A stretch of 60,987 nucleotides of DNA, filler included, from 3 parts of 3 records of this genome joined end to end with filler, not necessarily neighbours in it; one strand, 5' to 3'; positions 1-10,417 are shown, counted from the whole stretch's first letter. Program-made: numbers and translations. The notes: a model not told the origin generated them from the letters alone.

Positions 1-206
1 TTCGTCCCTACATAAGAAATATGATGCTTGCTGCAAATTATTATTGTTTATCTGGCGAGAAATCCAAAGCTTCTTCCACGCTTTCAGCCTTCACCAAGGT
101 TTCGGCCGACAGGCAACGTTTCAATCGTAGATTCGCCGTAGCTTTAGCGAAGGTGAACGCTTCCACGCTGGAATAGGCCTGTGCTTCAAATTCGCCAGCT
201 GGCGGA
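1..206. repeat. Cluster of REP-like palindromic elements at the contig start
   Basis: CGTCCCTAC at 3-11 is the reverse complement of a GTAG-type REP end. 87-113 and 132-155 are imperfect inverted copies of each other. CGCCAGCTGGCG (193-204) is a perfect palindrome. CTTCCACGCT occurs twice (73, 160). Confidence 0.5.
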
Positions 207-251
207 GAAGAAGTGTCTCTTGTTCCTTCTTTAAATTAACCTCAAAATTCA

Positions 252-280
252 TTGTATTATCTTAGTGTATTGAGTATTTT
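252..280 (+). promoter_or_regulatory. sigma70-type promoter of SRP RNA
   Basis: TTGTAT-N17-TATTTT, ending 6 nt before the predicted SRP RNA 5' end at 287. Confidence 0.55.
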
Positions 281-286
281 TCGATT

Positions 287-384
287 GACCTCAGGCCTTA
301 TCGGCGGCGTAATTGCCGAACCCCGTCAGGTCCGGAAGGAAGCAGCGGTAAGCGACTATTCTGCGCGATGAGCAACCTGGGGTC
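287..384 (+). ncRNA. ffs: Small bacterial signal recognition particle RNA (4.5S)
   Basis: Conserved domain IV sequence CCCCGTCAGGTCCGGAAGGAAGCAGCGGTAAG; terminal stem GACCTCAGG/CCTGGGGTC followed by a T-run; lies directly upstream of dnaX, a common arrangement. Confidence 0.95.
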
Positions 385-411
385 TTTTTATATCATAAGC
401 AGGGAACACAT

Positions 412-2112
412 ATGAGTCATCAGGTTATTTCATTAAAGTACCGTCCTCAGCGTTTTGAGGATGTTATCGGTCAGGAACACATCACAATAACTTTAAAAAA
501 CGCCATTGAGAAAAACAGATTGGGGCATGCCTATATTTTTTCCGGCCCAAGAGGAACGGGAAAGACAACAACTGCACGCCTTCTTGCAAAAATGGTAAAC
601 TGCGAGAATCCAAAGGATGGCAATCCCTGTAATGAATGTGTATGCTGCCGGGAGATCACCGAGGGGAGAAGCCTGGATGTTCTTGAGATCGACGGTGCGT
701 CAAACCGCGGTATCGACAGTATACGCGATCTTAGAGAACAAGTAAAGTATCCTCCCACACATGGAAAATACAAAGTTTATATTATTGATGAGTTTCATCA
801 GATAACAAAAGATGCATTCAATGCCTTATTGAAAACTTTAGAAGAACCGCCAAAACATATCCTGTTTATTTTTGCTACAACAGAATTACATAAAGTCCTG
901 CCGACCATTCTAAGCCGTTGTCAACGTTTTGAATTTAAACGCATCCCGCTTGTACAGGTTATGGACTTGTTGAGAAATATTGCAAAGCAAGAGGGAATTG
1001 CCATTGATGACGATTCTTTGCTGTTGATAGCCAAGAAAGGTGATGGCAGTATCCGGGACAGTGAAAGTATCCTTGAGCAGGTGATCGCTTTTTCCAACGA
1101 AGATATCTCTTATGAGTCAATTCTCAATATTCTTGGTGTTATCCGCGAGGAAGTTTATTTCTCCATGTTCGAGGCTTTAGCAAGCGCAAGGGCGGATAAT
1201 GCTCTAGAGATCATCGATGATATGCTGATGCACGGTTACGACCTGGCAGAGTTCGTGTCAATGTTCTCCATATTTTTGCGCGATCTGTACATGGTCAAAG
1301 CCCATGGTTCTGCGGATATACTGAGCACGACCGAAAATCTTAAAAAAGAATATACAGAATTAGCTAAAGGGCAGGATGCCCATGACCTTATCAGAATGCT
1401 GGCCATTGTCAACGATGAAATGCCGCGGATATCCAGATCATCCAATACAAAGATCCTTGTAGAGACATTATTTATCAAGCTGTCTAATCTTGGAGATCTG
1501 CGAAACCTGGATGAAATGGTAGGGCAAATGAAAAAAAGCACACCTGCAACACCAAAACCACCAATAAAACCGCAAGCAAAACCTGTTGTTCAGGCACCTC
1601 CGCCCGTGAACAAGAAACCTCCGGTACAGGAAACAAAAAAAACATCCTACGCAAGTCCGATATTGAACGGCAACTATGGAAACGGTCAGGCTGCCAAGTC
1701 TGATACGCCGAAAGCCCCGGAGAAAAAAACAACAGTCCAGGAAGTATCTGAACAGGCTCCCAACGACGAGGGTCATGCGATCACCGTAAGTGAAATAAAA
1801 GATAAATGGACTGCTCTCACCGAATGCCTTCAAGCAAAAAAACCAGCCGTTGCAAGCCTATTAAATAATGTCGGGATCACAAAAGTGGAAAAGGGTACAT
1901 TGTTCATGACTGTTGAGGATAGTTATTCTTATGATACGCTTTTAAGGTCCGAGATAGATATTTGTAATTGTTTAAAAACAGTTATGGGCGTTAAATTGCT
2001 GATTAAACTTGAGAAAAATGAAGTTGCTAATAATCAGCGAGTTGTTCAAAAAAAAGAAATTGATGAAGCAACAAAGCAAATTATCCAAAGTTTTGAAGGC
2101 GAGTTGCTATAA
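412..2112 (+). CDS. dnaX: DNA polymerase III subunit gamma/tau
   Basis: KYRPQRF start, Walker A GPRGTGKTT, Cys-rich Zn module, EIDGASNRG, IIDE, SRC motif, Pro/Lys-rich linker and C-terminal tau domain. Confidence 0.97.
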   Translation: MSHQVISLKYRPQRFEDVIGQEHITITLKNAIEKNRLGHAYIFSGPRGTGKTTTARLLAKMVNCENPKDGNPCNECVCCREITEGRSLDVLEIDGASNRGIDSIRDLREQVKYPPTHGKYKVYIIDEFHQITKDAFNALLKTLEEPPKHILFIFATTELHKVLPTILSRCQRFEFKRIPLVQVMDLLRNIAKQEGIAIDDDSLLLIAKKGDGSIRDSESILEQVIAFSNEDISYESILNILGVIREEVYFSMFEALASARADNALEIIDDMLMHGYDLAEFVSMFSIFLRDLYMVKAHGSADILSTTENLKKEYTELAKGQDAHDLIRMLAIVNDEMPRISRSSNTKILVETLFIKLSNLGDLRNLDEMVGQMKKSTPATPKPPIKPQAKPVVQAPPPVNKKPPVQETKKTSYASPILNGNYGNGQAAKSDTPKAPEKKTTVQEVSEQAPNDEGHAITVSEIKDKWTALTECLQAKKPAVASLLNNVGITKVEKGTLFMTVEDSYSYDTLLRSEIDICNCLKTVMGVKLLIKLEKNEVANNQRVVQKKEIDEATKQIIQSFEGELL

Positions 2113-2116
2113 TATA

Positions 2117-2145
2117 TTGACAAACCATTATTAATAGCCTAAATT
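2117..2145 (+). promoter_or_regulatory. sigma70 promoter of the TBDR cluster
   Basis: Perfect TTGACA, 17-nt spacer, TAAATT; AAGGAG Shine-Dalgarno precedes ATG 2243. Confidence 0.65.
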
Positions 2146-2242
2146 TGAAAGATTTGGTTGGCTAAGAACCCTATTAAATAAGATTGTAAAGAGCTTTAAG
2201 CGCATATTATTAACAAGTTACTAATTATCAAGGAGTTGTTAT

Positions 2243-5200
2243 ATGAGACTAAAATGGATATTAGTGGGACTCTTGTTCACGCTGGGCATATCTTTTGCTG
2301 CCGGTACCACCGGTAAGATCTCCGGATATGTTTATGACTCAGCAACGGGAGACCCTTTACCGGGGGCAAACGTGTTGATCAAGAACACGGCAATGGGAGC
2401 TGCTACAAATGCAGATGGATTCTACGTAGTCTTAAACATACCTCCCGGTGAACATGAAGTTATAGCTACATATATTGGCTATGCAACTGTACAACAAACC
2501 GGTGTAATGGTAAATATTGATCTTACGACACAATTGGAATTCAACATGCAGGTTGAAGCTTTCAAGGGTGAAGAGATCATTGTTACAGCCGAACGTAAAG
2601 TCGTTCAGGTTGATATTGCATCAAGTCAGGTGAACATCAGTAAAGATGAGATCAGCGACTTGCCCGCAACTAATGTTAGTGATGTTGTTGGCATGGAAGC
2701 CGGTATGAGCGGTTTATCAGTCCGTTCAGGTGATCTTGATGAGACAACTGTCCTGGTTGATGGTTTGGCAATGAAAGACAGCCGTACCGGAAATCCTATT
2801 TCCACGGTTTCGCTTTCATCTATCGAACAGATCATGGTTCAGTCCGGTGGTTTCAGTGCTGAATATTCGGATTTGCAGTCCGGTGTTGTCAGTATTGTGA
2901 CAAAAGAAGGTGATCTTGATAACTACAATTTTAATGCAAACATTAAATATAGTCCCTATGCACCAAAGAATTTTTCATTTACCGATATCAGTGGAAACAC
3001 GATCGTATCGATGTTTGATGAAAATTCGGTTTTCATGCGTCCTTATCTTGATGACGATGTATGTTGGACGGGAACATCCAGTGGTGGTTGGGATCTTGCG
3101 ACACAGGGTGAATACCCTGAGTTTGTCGGTTGGAATCAGATCAGCGCAGGCTTGATGGCTGATGATGACCCGACAAATGACCTGTCTCCTCAGGCTTTGC
3201 AGGAACAATTCAGATATCTTGCCCGCCGCGGAGATGACTTCTATGACAAAATGATCCCAGATTATAATATTGATCTTGGACTCAGTGGCCCTTTTCCTTT
3301 CCTTTCGGAACAATTGGGTAACTTAAGGTTCTACACCACTCTGGTTATGAACCAAAGTGCTTATTTGCAACCTTTGGCCACAGATAAATACAATGACTGG
3401 ACATGGACAGGTAAATTTACGGCTGATATTTCACCGAAAATGAAACTTAGTTTGTTCAGTATGCAAAATAAATATGCAGGTACTGCTACAAGCCTTTCCG
3501 GTACTCCCGGTGTATATTCAACAGGTTCCGGTGCCGTAAGCGGCGGTTGGTCAATGTCTCGTTTGCTATATCCTAATTATTATGGATTGACACAGCGCTA
3601 CAACCAAATGTATGCTGCTACATTAAAAAATATCGTGAATGAAAAAACATTCTGGGAAGCAAGTGCCGAATATTCAAGCACAGCTTACTTGAGTCACGAA
3701 GCAGGTGCCCGTGATACGACAGAACAAGATATTTTTGCCGGTGTTGACGGAGCGGAAATGTATATGGATGAGAGACCTTACGGTTTCTATAACATGAACG
3801 AAACAACCTATGCAAGTACGAACTTTTTCACAGGTTATGTTCAATGGCCATATGACAGTACAAAAACGTCACATTTCCAGGCTAAATACGATATCAAATC
3901 TCAGGTTGATGATCGAAATGAGATCAAAGCCGGTGCACAGGTTCAATACTGGTACTATGACATGAACTACGGTTCATACAGATCTCTTTCTGCTTCAAGC
4001 GCTACAAACACATACTGGCAGCAGGATCCTTTCCAGATCGATGCTTACATTTCCGATAAGATCGAATATGAAGGCTTTGTTGCACAAGTTGGTATCAGAG
4101 GCGAATACTGGGATCCCAATTGTATGTGGTACGATATGGATTCACTGCAGTGGACTGAAGAATTTATCAGTGACCTTTATAAACCATACGCTTCAAATGA
4201 TTCGCTTGAATCAGCGACTTTTTCTCAGAGAAAAGCAAAAGGTCAGTTCCACTTGATGCCGCGTATCGGTATCTCGCACCCCATTACAGAAACATCTAAA
4301 CTTTACTTTAACTATGGACATATGTATCAGAAGATGGATCCGGATTATTACTTCCAGATGCGTCGTCGTAACGATTACAGATTATCCTGGATCGGTAATC
4401 CCGAATTGAAATTCGAACGTACGGTTTCATATGAATTGGGATTTGATCAGGCTATCGGTAAACAATACCTGATCCATGTTGCCGCATATTATAAAGATAA
4501 GAATAACCAGGCAACCACCACCACATATCGTCCTATATCCGGAACCAGTTACACGGTTAGTGATGACAGATATTATCAGGATATTCGCGGTTTGGAAGTT
4601 ACCTTCAAAAAACAACGCGGTGACTGGTTACGTGGTTTTGTGAACCTAAACTACAGTTCATACAGTACCGGTACATTTTCATGGCCAAGTATCTACGAGG
4701 ATAAAGGTTCTGAAGCTTACAATGAAATGATCCAGAATACCGAAAGTAAAAAACAAGCAAAAAGCACGCCTAGACCTTCAGTCAAGGCAAACCTTGTTTT
4801 CCGTACACCTTCCGATTATGGGAACCTACTGGGTAACTGGAGCTTGTCCTTGCGTGGTGCATGGTCCGATGGCGGTTATTATGTAAGCCAGACCCGAGGG
4901 TTCTATTCGAATATTATTGAGATCCGTGACGCTTGGTCATGTGATGCTAAACTATTCAAACCCTTCAAATTCGGTGATCTAAACGTATCATTTGTTCTAG
5001 AGATCGACAATATATTCAATTTAAAACGTCTAAGTCTTGCCGGTCAGGCTCTGGGTTCATCCTATGGCTTGGTTGACGGATATCAGTTTGACAATTATTT
5101 TGAATCATTGCATTTCCCGACAGCAGCCTACGAAGAAACCGATCAAGATCATCTTTCTGCGATCTATTATCCTGAAGGTACAGACGTAAGTGCGGATAAA

Positions 5201-5473
5201 TATCTTGACTATCGTCCCTCAGGTGTAGATTATCAGCCCTTAAGTTTTGCAAACAACCTGACACAGGTAAATAATGAATCAGTGATCTATTATGTTGAAG
5301 AAACTGAAAGCTGGATGCATCTTGTAAGCGGAGCTGTTGAAGAGGTTTCGGATGATGTGGTCAAAAATATTATTGAGACAAACGCATATATTGATAATCC
5401 TGCTAACACCCCATATTTATTCCTCTATCCCAGAGATATCTATGTTGGCCTGCAGTTTTCAATTGACCTATAA
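2243..5473 (+). CDS. TonB-dependent receptor 1 (N-terminal CarboxypepD_reg-like domain, plug, beta-barrel)
   Basis: Signal peptide; GKISGYV..TGDPLPGANV..G.Y...NIPPG extension; plug motifs SVRSG..ETTVLVDG and GGFSAEY..SGVVSIVTKEG; PRIGISHPI; GNPELKFERTVSYELG; terminal amphipathic strand. Confidence 0.92.
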   Translation: MRLKWILVGLLFTLGISFAAGTTGKISGYVYDSATGDPLPGANVLIKNTAMGAATNADGFYVVLNIPPGEHEVIATYIGYATVQQTGVMVNIDLTTQLEFNMQVEAFKGEEIIVTAERKVVQVDIASSQVNISKDEISDLPATNVSDVVGMEAGMSGLSVRSGDLDETTVLVDGLAMKDSRTGNPISTVSLSSIEQIMVQSGGFSAEYSDLQSGVVSIVTKEGDLDNYNFNANIKYSPYAPKNFSFTDISGNTIVSMFDENSVFMRPYLDDDVCWTGTSSGGWDLATQGEYPEFVGWNQISAGLMADDDPTNDLSPQALQEQFRYLARRGDDFYDKMIPDYNIDLGLSGPFPFLSEQLGNLRFYTTLVMNQSAYLQPLATDKYNDWTWTGKFTADISPKMKLSLFSMQNKYAGTATSLSGTPGVYSTGSGAVSGGWSMSRLLYPNYYGLTQRYNQMYAATLKNIVNEKTFWEASAEYSSTAYLSHEAGARDTTEQDIFAGVDGAEMYMDERPYGFYNMNETTYASTNFFTGYVQWPYDSTKTSHFQAKYDIKSQVDDRNEIKAGAQVQYWYYDMNYGSYRSLSASSATNTYWQQDPFQIDAYISDKIEYEGFVAQVGIRGEYWDPNCMWYDMDSLQWTEEFISDLYKPYASNDSLESATFSQRKAKGQFHLMPRIGISHPITETSKLYFNYGHMYQKMDPDYYFQMRRRNDYRLSWIGNPELKFERTVSYELGFDQAIGKQYLIHVAAYYKDKNNQATTTTYRPISGTSYTVSDDRYYQDIRGLEVTFKKQRGDWLRGFVNLNYSSYSTGTFSWPSIYEDKGSEAYNEMIQNTESKKQAKSTPRPSVKANLVFRTPSDYGNLLGNWSLSLRGAWSDGGYYVSQTRGFYSNIIEIRDAWSCDAKLFKPFKFGDLNVSFVLEIDNIFNLKRLSLAGQALGSSYGLVDGYQFDNYFESLHFPTAAYEETDQDHLSAIYYPEGTDVSADKYLDYRPSGVDYQPLSFANNLTQVNNESVIYYVEETESWMHLVSGAVEEVSDDVVKNIIETNAYIDNPANTPYLFLYPRDIYVGLQFSIDL

Positions 5474-5490
5474 TAAAAAGAGAGCATGAT

Positions 5491-7842
5491 ATGAAGAAAA
5501 ATACTTTTCAAAAGATAATACTCATCCTTATGATCATGTCGCTGACTGTAGTGTCACATGGAGCTACCCGCTACAAATGGATCACGATAGGTTCTTTGCA
5601 GAACTTCTATTATGATACCGGTATGGAGTGGGAATCTATTGTATACGGCAGGCAGCAATGGGGTTTCACTTGGGAATCCTTCTGGCGTGATCAGGATATG
5701 CAGGCCGCAAAGGGTATGTGGATCGGAGTAAAGAATTTTTTCGATCCGGTGATGAATCGAGAATATCCTTATAAGATCGCACATAACGGCCCTCGTGCAG
5801 TGACAGATATTGAGATCCGTGAATATATCCCTCTGGAACTCAAATTAGTTGCTCGTAACGCTCATCCCGAAGTATATGTGGATGACAACGAGGGTTCCGA
5901 TATGATGAATGGCTTGAATGCCAAGAATGATGATGTTGACGAAATTGATGCAAATATTCTTGTCGACAGACAAATCGTGAATTCTGTCAACACTTCGGTC
6001 GGTATATCATTTGTAAGAAACGTTTATGCGGTATCACAACAGAATTATGATGACATTCATATTATTGAATATGAATTTGAGAATACCGGTATTTACAACG
6101 CCGAGGGTGATGTTTACGAACAAACCTTACAGGACGTCTACTTCCATTGGCAATGGCGTGATGCAATTGCACAGGAAGGTTGCTGGAACGGTGCATATAA
6201 CTCATACCGTAACTGGATCTCAACATCCGTACGTGACGTACGCTGGGGATACAGTATGATGTTCGACGTGATCGGTGAAGATCAGGCTAATCCTCAGACT
6301 ACATCTATCTATGAAGATATGACCGGTTTGGATGCCCAGGATGATGACGGTGACTGGATGCGCGGGTACGTAGCATGGATGGGGAAATGGTCGGATTTCG
6401 GTTATGACAATATTGGTTCTCCCCTTGTAAATGGAGTTGCTCATAATGATTATTCGGAGATCAACGACGGTCGCCTTGGTGCTGCGCAGTACAAAGGCGC
6501 TGTAGTTATTCATGCCGATACATCTCCTTCAGATAATACTGATGATTCCAGTCAACCGAAGTCAAATGCCTATATCAATTCAAATGCTGCCTATACTTTT
6601 ACTGCAGGTTTAGATCAATATGATGAAATTGCCATGTCAAATAAATACCAGATGTATATGTCTAATGGTGATATGGGCAGTTTCTCTGAAAAAGTATGGA
6701 CTACAACCGGCGGTGATGCGGGAACATTTTCCTCTAACACATCTGCAGCCGGATATTCCCAAATGCTAGCTTTTGGCCCTTACACCTTAGCCCCCGGAGA
6801 TAAGATCAAGATCGTCTTTGCGGAATGTGCTGCCGGTCTTGGTCATGAAAACGGTTATTCTGTCGGTCAGCAATGGTACAAAGCCAAGTATGAGGGTGAA
6901 ACTGTAACAGTCATGGATCCTGAAGATCGCAGCAATACAATTTCGATCACTTCAGCCAATGCGAATTGGTGGAAAGATGCCATGGTATACAGTGGCCGTG
7001 ATTCTTTAATGAAAACTTTCAATAAAGCCATTAACCTTTACGAAGGTGGTTTTTATAATACGATCCCCGAAGCACCTCTGCCACCGGCAACTGTTGAGAT
7101 CTTCTCAACAGAAGACGGTGTAAAGATCTCTTGGGACGGTTCAACTTCAGTGGCTAATTCAAGTTTTGAGGGTTTTCGCGTATACAGAGCTTTCATTGAA
7201 AAAGACTCTACTTACAGAGTAGTCGAAGATCTTAATGTTACAGACGGCAGTTTGGAAACATATAGGGTCGAGTCCTCCAATGTATTTGAATTTTACGATA
7301 CAGAGCCTTTGAGAGGACAGAACTACTACTATTACATCACTGCTTATGATGATGGTACACAGAATTTGCTTGAGCCGGGTGTAGAACTTGAAAGCTCACC
7401 TTTCTATACAAGAACAAATCGAGGAGCTACTGTTAAAAGTCCTCCCGCTCCGAATGAAAAACTGAATATAGAAGATTATGACCTTGATGATCCCGCTGAC
7501 AGAAAAGAATTAATGGAATTCATTGTCAAAGTCGTTCCCAATCCCATCAATGTCCGCAACGAACAAATACAGTTCGTCGGCAATGTTAATAAACTGTTAT
7601 TTGCCGGTGTACCAACCGGATGTAACATAAAGATCTTCACAGAACGCGGTGATTTTGTTACCGACGTTGAGGAATCCGAAGAAGGTTTTGCATGGTACTT
7701 GACCACTGAGTGGCAACAGATCCTTGTAAGCGGTGTATATATCGCATACTTCGTAATGGAAGAAGATTTTGAAGATACTAAGACGGGTGTCCGATTTGAT
7801 CAGGGCGACACGATAGTAAAGAAATTCATTATAATAAGATAA
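5491..7842 (+). CDS. Secreted protein with FN3-like domain and T9SS-like C-terminal domain (paralog A)
   Basis: Signal peptide; FN3-like ISW..GFRVYR..FYDT...G.NYYYYITAYD; CTD VVPNP..IKIFTERGD..W..SGVYIA..KKFIIIR. Confidence 0.75.
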   Translation: MKKNTFQKIILILMIMSLTVVSHGATRYKWITIGSLQNFYYDTGMEWESIVYGRQQWGFTWESFWRDQDMQAAKGMWIGVKNFFDPVMNREYPYKIAHNGPRAVTDIEIREYIPLELKLVARNAHPEVYVDDNEGSDMMNGLNAKNDDVDEIDANILVDRQIVNSVNTSVGISFVRNVYAVSQQNYDDIHIIEYEFENTGIYNAEGDVYEQTLQDVYFHWQWRDAIAQEGCWNGAYNSYRNWISTSVRDVRWGYSMMFDVIGEDQANPQTTSIYEDMTGLDAQDDDGDWMRGYVAWMGKWSDFGYDNIGSPLVNGVAHNDYSEINDGRLGAAQYKGAVVIHADTSPSDNTDDSSQPKSNAYINSNAAYTFTAGLDQYDEIAMSNKYQMYMSNGDMGSFSEKVWTTTGGDAGTFSSNTSAAGYSQMLAFGPYTLAPGDKIKIVFAECAAGLGHENGYSVGQQWYKAKYEGETVTVMDPEDRSNTISITSANANWWKDAMVYSGRDSLMKTFNKAINLYEGGFYNTIPEAPLPPATVEIFSTEDGVKISWDGSTSVANSSFEGFRVYRAFIEKDSTYRVVEDLNVTDGSLETYRVESSNVFEFYDTEPLRGQNYYYYITAYDDGTQNLLEPGVELESSPFYTRTNRGATVKSPPAPNEKLNIEDYDLDDPADRKELMEFIVKVVPNPINVRNEQIQFVGNVNKLLFAGVPTGCNIKIFTERGDFVTDVEESEEGFAWYLTTEWQQILVSGVYIAYFVMEEDFEDTKTGVRFDQGDTIVKKFIIIR

Positions 7843-7861
7843 AAATTAAGCAGAGGTTAAA

Positions 7862-9361
7862 ATGAAAAAAACATTAGTTTACCTTGTCCTTGTATTGTTA
7901 GTGCTCAGCTCCTGTGGCTATATCCCTGACGATACAATTACTTTTGAAATGGACCCCTTCGATGAGGCGGCCTGTTATACCGTGGATGGCGGTTTAGTTG
8001 GCACTAGAACCCTAAAAGCAAATACGGACCCGAATTTTCTTGATGACAAGTACGTAGATGCTTTATTGGCTGATGCTGATGGTGATAAAACAGTAAAAAC
8101 TGAAGTTACGATCAAACTTGTAACAGGTAATGTTGGTGCGGTAACATCAACACAAGCTTTTGCGGCGGTCGTAAACTATTATGATACGATTGTTATAACA
8201 AACGAGATCGAACTGTACATGAACAAAACCGAAGAAGTTGTAGATAGCGTGCTCAGTGGTCAAACATATGACGGCGTAGAGCTGACAGCTGATATGGAAA
8301 CGGATATTGTTGCATATTTCGATTCTGTTCATACTATTGGTACCGAACAGGTATTTATAATAGATGATGTGATGACAAAGTATGATTTCTTCCAGGAAGT
8401 AACACGGACCGTTTATGGCAAAACGGGTTCAATTCCTGTCTTAGAACTTGCAGACAAACCTTATCTGATTACCTGTGCTGCCGTTGAGGTCATGTCATTG
8501 TACAGTTATCTGGAAATAGATGAAGATGATATGGTCACCTTCTATTTCGACAATTATATGTCAATGCGTATTTGGGATGCCGATGGAAACAGGATTCCGA
8601 TGAGCGACAATAATATCAATCTTGAAATGGCAGCCGAATTCGGTAACAGAGCTGATGGCGGTTCCGGAACTGTGCTTTCAAAATGTGTTTACGATCTGGA
8701 AGCCGGTACCTATTTTGTTCGTTGGATCAGAGCTGAATCGACAAAGTCTTCGGCTCAGTTCACTGCAACAGATCCCGAATCAAATACCAATTACTTCAAA
8801 TACACTGTTGGGATTTTCCCTGATTCATATGTAGCTGATCCTGAAATTGTTGATATAGCTTCTAAGATCGCCAGCCCAACGGTTGACAAAGTATTGAAAT
8901 CTGCAGCTCAGTGTGATACGTCTCTGTGGGCTACTGACGAAACATTGGTTGTTACTCAACTACTTCGTTCAGCAGATAAAATGAACGCTTTGCTTGATGG
9001 TCTTGACAGCATTACAGTAGCTGATTTTGATCAAGGTCTTCACTTGGAATATGATCCGGAATTGCCTCAAGGCCTTTTCTTCCTGAAGTTGCAAGATATG
9101 GAAGATATCGACACATTAAGAATGTATGTTGACGGCGGTACTTTCACCATGTATAAACTGGCACAGGAATACTCTTCCGGCGGAAAGAAATTCAATCCTT
9201 TCTCTGCCAGTACAATTGGTGTTACGTTTAAAGAAGTTTTTGTCAGCGAAAAAATTAAAGATGTATTGTACTTCTACAATTTTGATGAAAACCTTTATAT
9301 CGTAACTGTGAACTATAGTGGCGAAGACGATGGTGTAAACTTAGTCGTTAAAGGCAACTAA
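7862..9361 (+). CDS. Acidic lipoprotein of unknown function
   Basis: Lipobox LSSC after a hydrophobic core; AGAGG RBS; no family recognised. Confidence 0.7.
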   Translation: MKKTLVYLVLVLLVLSSCGYIPDDTITFEMDPFDEAACYTVDGGLVGTRTLKANTDPNFLDDKYVDALLADADGDKTVKTEVTIKLVTGNVGAVTSTQAFAAVVNYYDTIVITNEIELYMNKTEEVVDSVLSGQTYDGVELTADMETDIVAYFDSVHTIGTEQVFIIDDVMTKYDFFQEVTRTVYGKTGSIPVLELADKPYLITCAAVEVMSLYSYLEIDEDDMVTFYFDNYMSMRIWDADGNRIPMSDNNINLEMAAEFGNRADGGSGTVLSKCVYDLEAGTYFVRWIRAESTKSSAQFTATDPESNTNYFKYTVGIFPDSYVADPEIVDIASKIASPTVDKVLKSAAQCDTSLWATDETLVVTQLLRSADKMNALLDGLDSITVADFDQGLHLEYDPELPQGLFFLKLQDMEDIDTLRMYVDGGTFTMYKLAQEYSSGGKKFNPFSASTIGVTFKEVFVSEKIKDVLYFYNFDENLYIVTVNYSGEDDGVNLVVKGN

Positions 9362-9399
9362 TTCATATTTCATATAAAATGAAAGATAAGGAAATCGTT

Positions 9400-10407
9400 A
9401 TGAAAAATAAAAAGACAATTCTTGTGATGATCCTGTGCCTTGCTGTCAGCTTATCGTTCGCTCAGGACTACGAAAAGATCGCACAGACCGGATTCCAGTT
9501 CTTAAGCGTCAGATCTGACGCCAGAGCCAATGGAATGGCCGGTGCGTTAAATGCGGTAGAATGCGGATCCGCAGCCATTTACTACAACCCTGCAACTTTG
9601 GGTTTTATGGATGGTACCATGGATATTACAGCCTCATATAATATGTGGATAGCCGGTATTAAGCACAATGCTTTTACAGGTGCATTCAATATTGCCGGTG
9701 GTCGTTACGGTGCCGTAGCGGTATCTGTAGCATCAGTTGATTATGGTGAGATCGAAGGTACGGAATTCTGGGGTAATGACCAGGGTTACATCGAAACCGG
9801 AATGATCTATCCTACAGCCATGCAGGCAGGTATAGGTTATGCTGTTTCACTAAGTACTAAATTCTCGGTCGGTGGACAGGTTCGCTGGGCGGGACAAGAT
9901 CTTGGTACCAGCAATGTGTATGTCGAAGATCTTCAAACCGGTTCAACTTCTATTGAAACCCGTCAACATCTTGCCAATGCTCTGGCATTTGATTTCGGTA
10001 CCTATTTCAAAACCGGTTGGAAAAGTTTCGTGTTCGGTATGAGCGTTAGAAACTTCTCCGGTGAAGTCATGTATGAAGAGGAAAGCTTCCAGCTGCCTCT
10101 GACATTTACAATGGGTGTTTCAATGGATTTGATGGATTTCATGGAATCCGCATCAGATCAGCATTCACTTCTTTTAAGTGTTGATGCAAGTCACCCCAGA
10201 TCATACCCCGAGTATATTGATTTAGGACTTGAATACAAGTTCATGGATGTTTTCTTTGCACGCGTTGGATATATGGGGAATCGCGATGAACGCGGTTTTA
10301 CCGTAGGTTCCGGTGTACAAGTTGCTGGACTTCAGATTGATTATTCCTATACTCCTTTTGGAATATTCAATAATTCCCAGAGCTTTACAGTAAGATACTC
10401 CTTCTAA
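9400..10407 (+). CDS. PorV/PorQ-family (FadL-like) outer-membrane beta-barrel
   Basis: FQFLSV..DARANGMAG, A.YYNPA, FDFG, G.S..NF, LP..F..G motifs; C-terminal YSF. Start moved to ATG 9400 (AAGGA RBS, signal peptide MKNKKT). Confidence 0.85.
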   Translation: MKNKKTILVMILCLAVSLSFAQDYEKIAQTGFQFLSVRSDARANGMAGALNAVECGSAAIYYNPATLGFMDGTMDITASYNMWIAGIKHNAFTGAFNIAGGRYGAVAVSVASVDYGEIEGTEFWGNDQGYIETGMIYPTAMQAGIGYAVSLSTKFSVGGQVRWAGQDLGTSNVYVEDLQTGSTSIETRQHLANALAFDFGTYFKTGWKSFVFGMSVRNFSGEVMYEEESFQLPLTFTMGVSMDLMDFMESASDQHSLLLSVDASHPRSYPEYIDLGLEYKFMDVFFARVGYMGNRDERGFTVGSGVQVAGLQIDYSYTPFGIFNNSQSFTVRYSF

Positions 10408-10417
10408 TCAATGAACA

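Noticed and set aside
1530-1538. dnaX programmed -1 frameshift at the A7G tract after domain III
   Set aside because: AAAAAAG is not in the A_AAA_AAG phase (codons are AAA AAA AGC), no strong downstream hairpin is evident, and A7-A8 runs are common in this gene. Not excluded, but unsupported.
5491-7842. SusD assignment for the genes following the TBDRs
   Set aside because: No lipobox Cys and no TPR/SusD motifs; they have FN3 and CTD domains instead.
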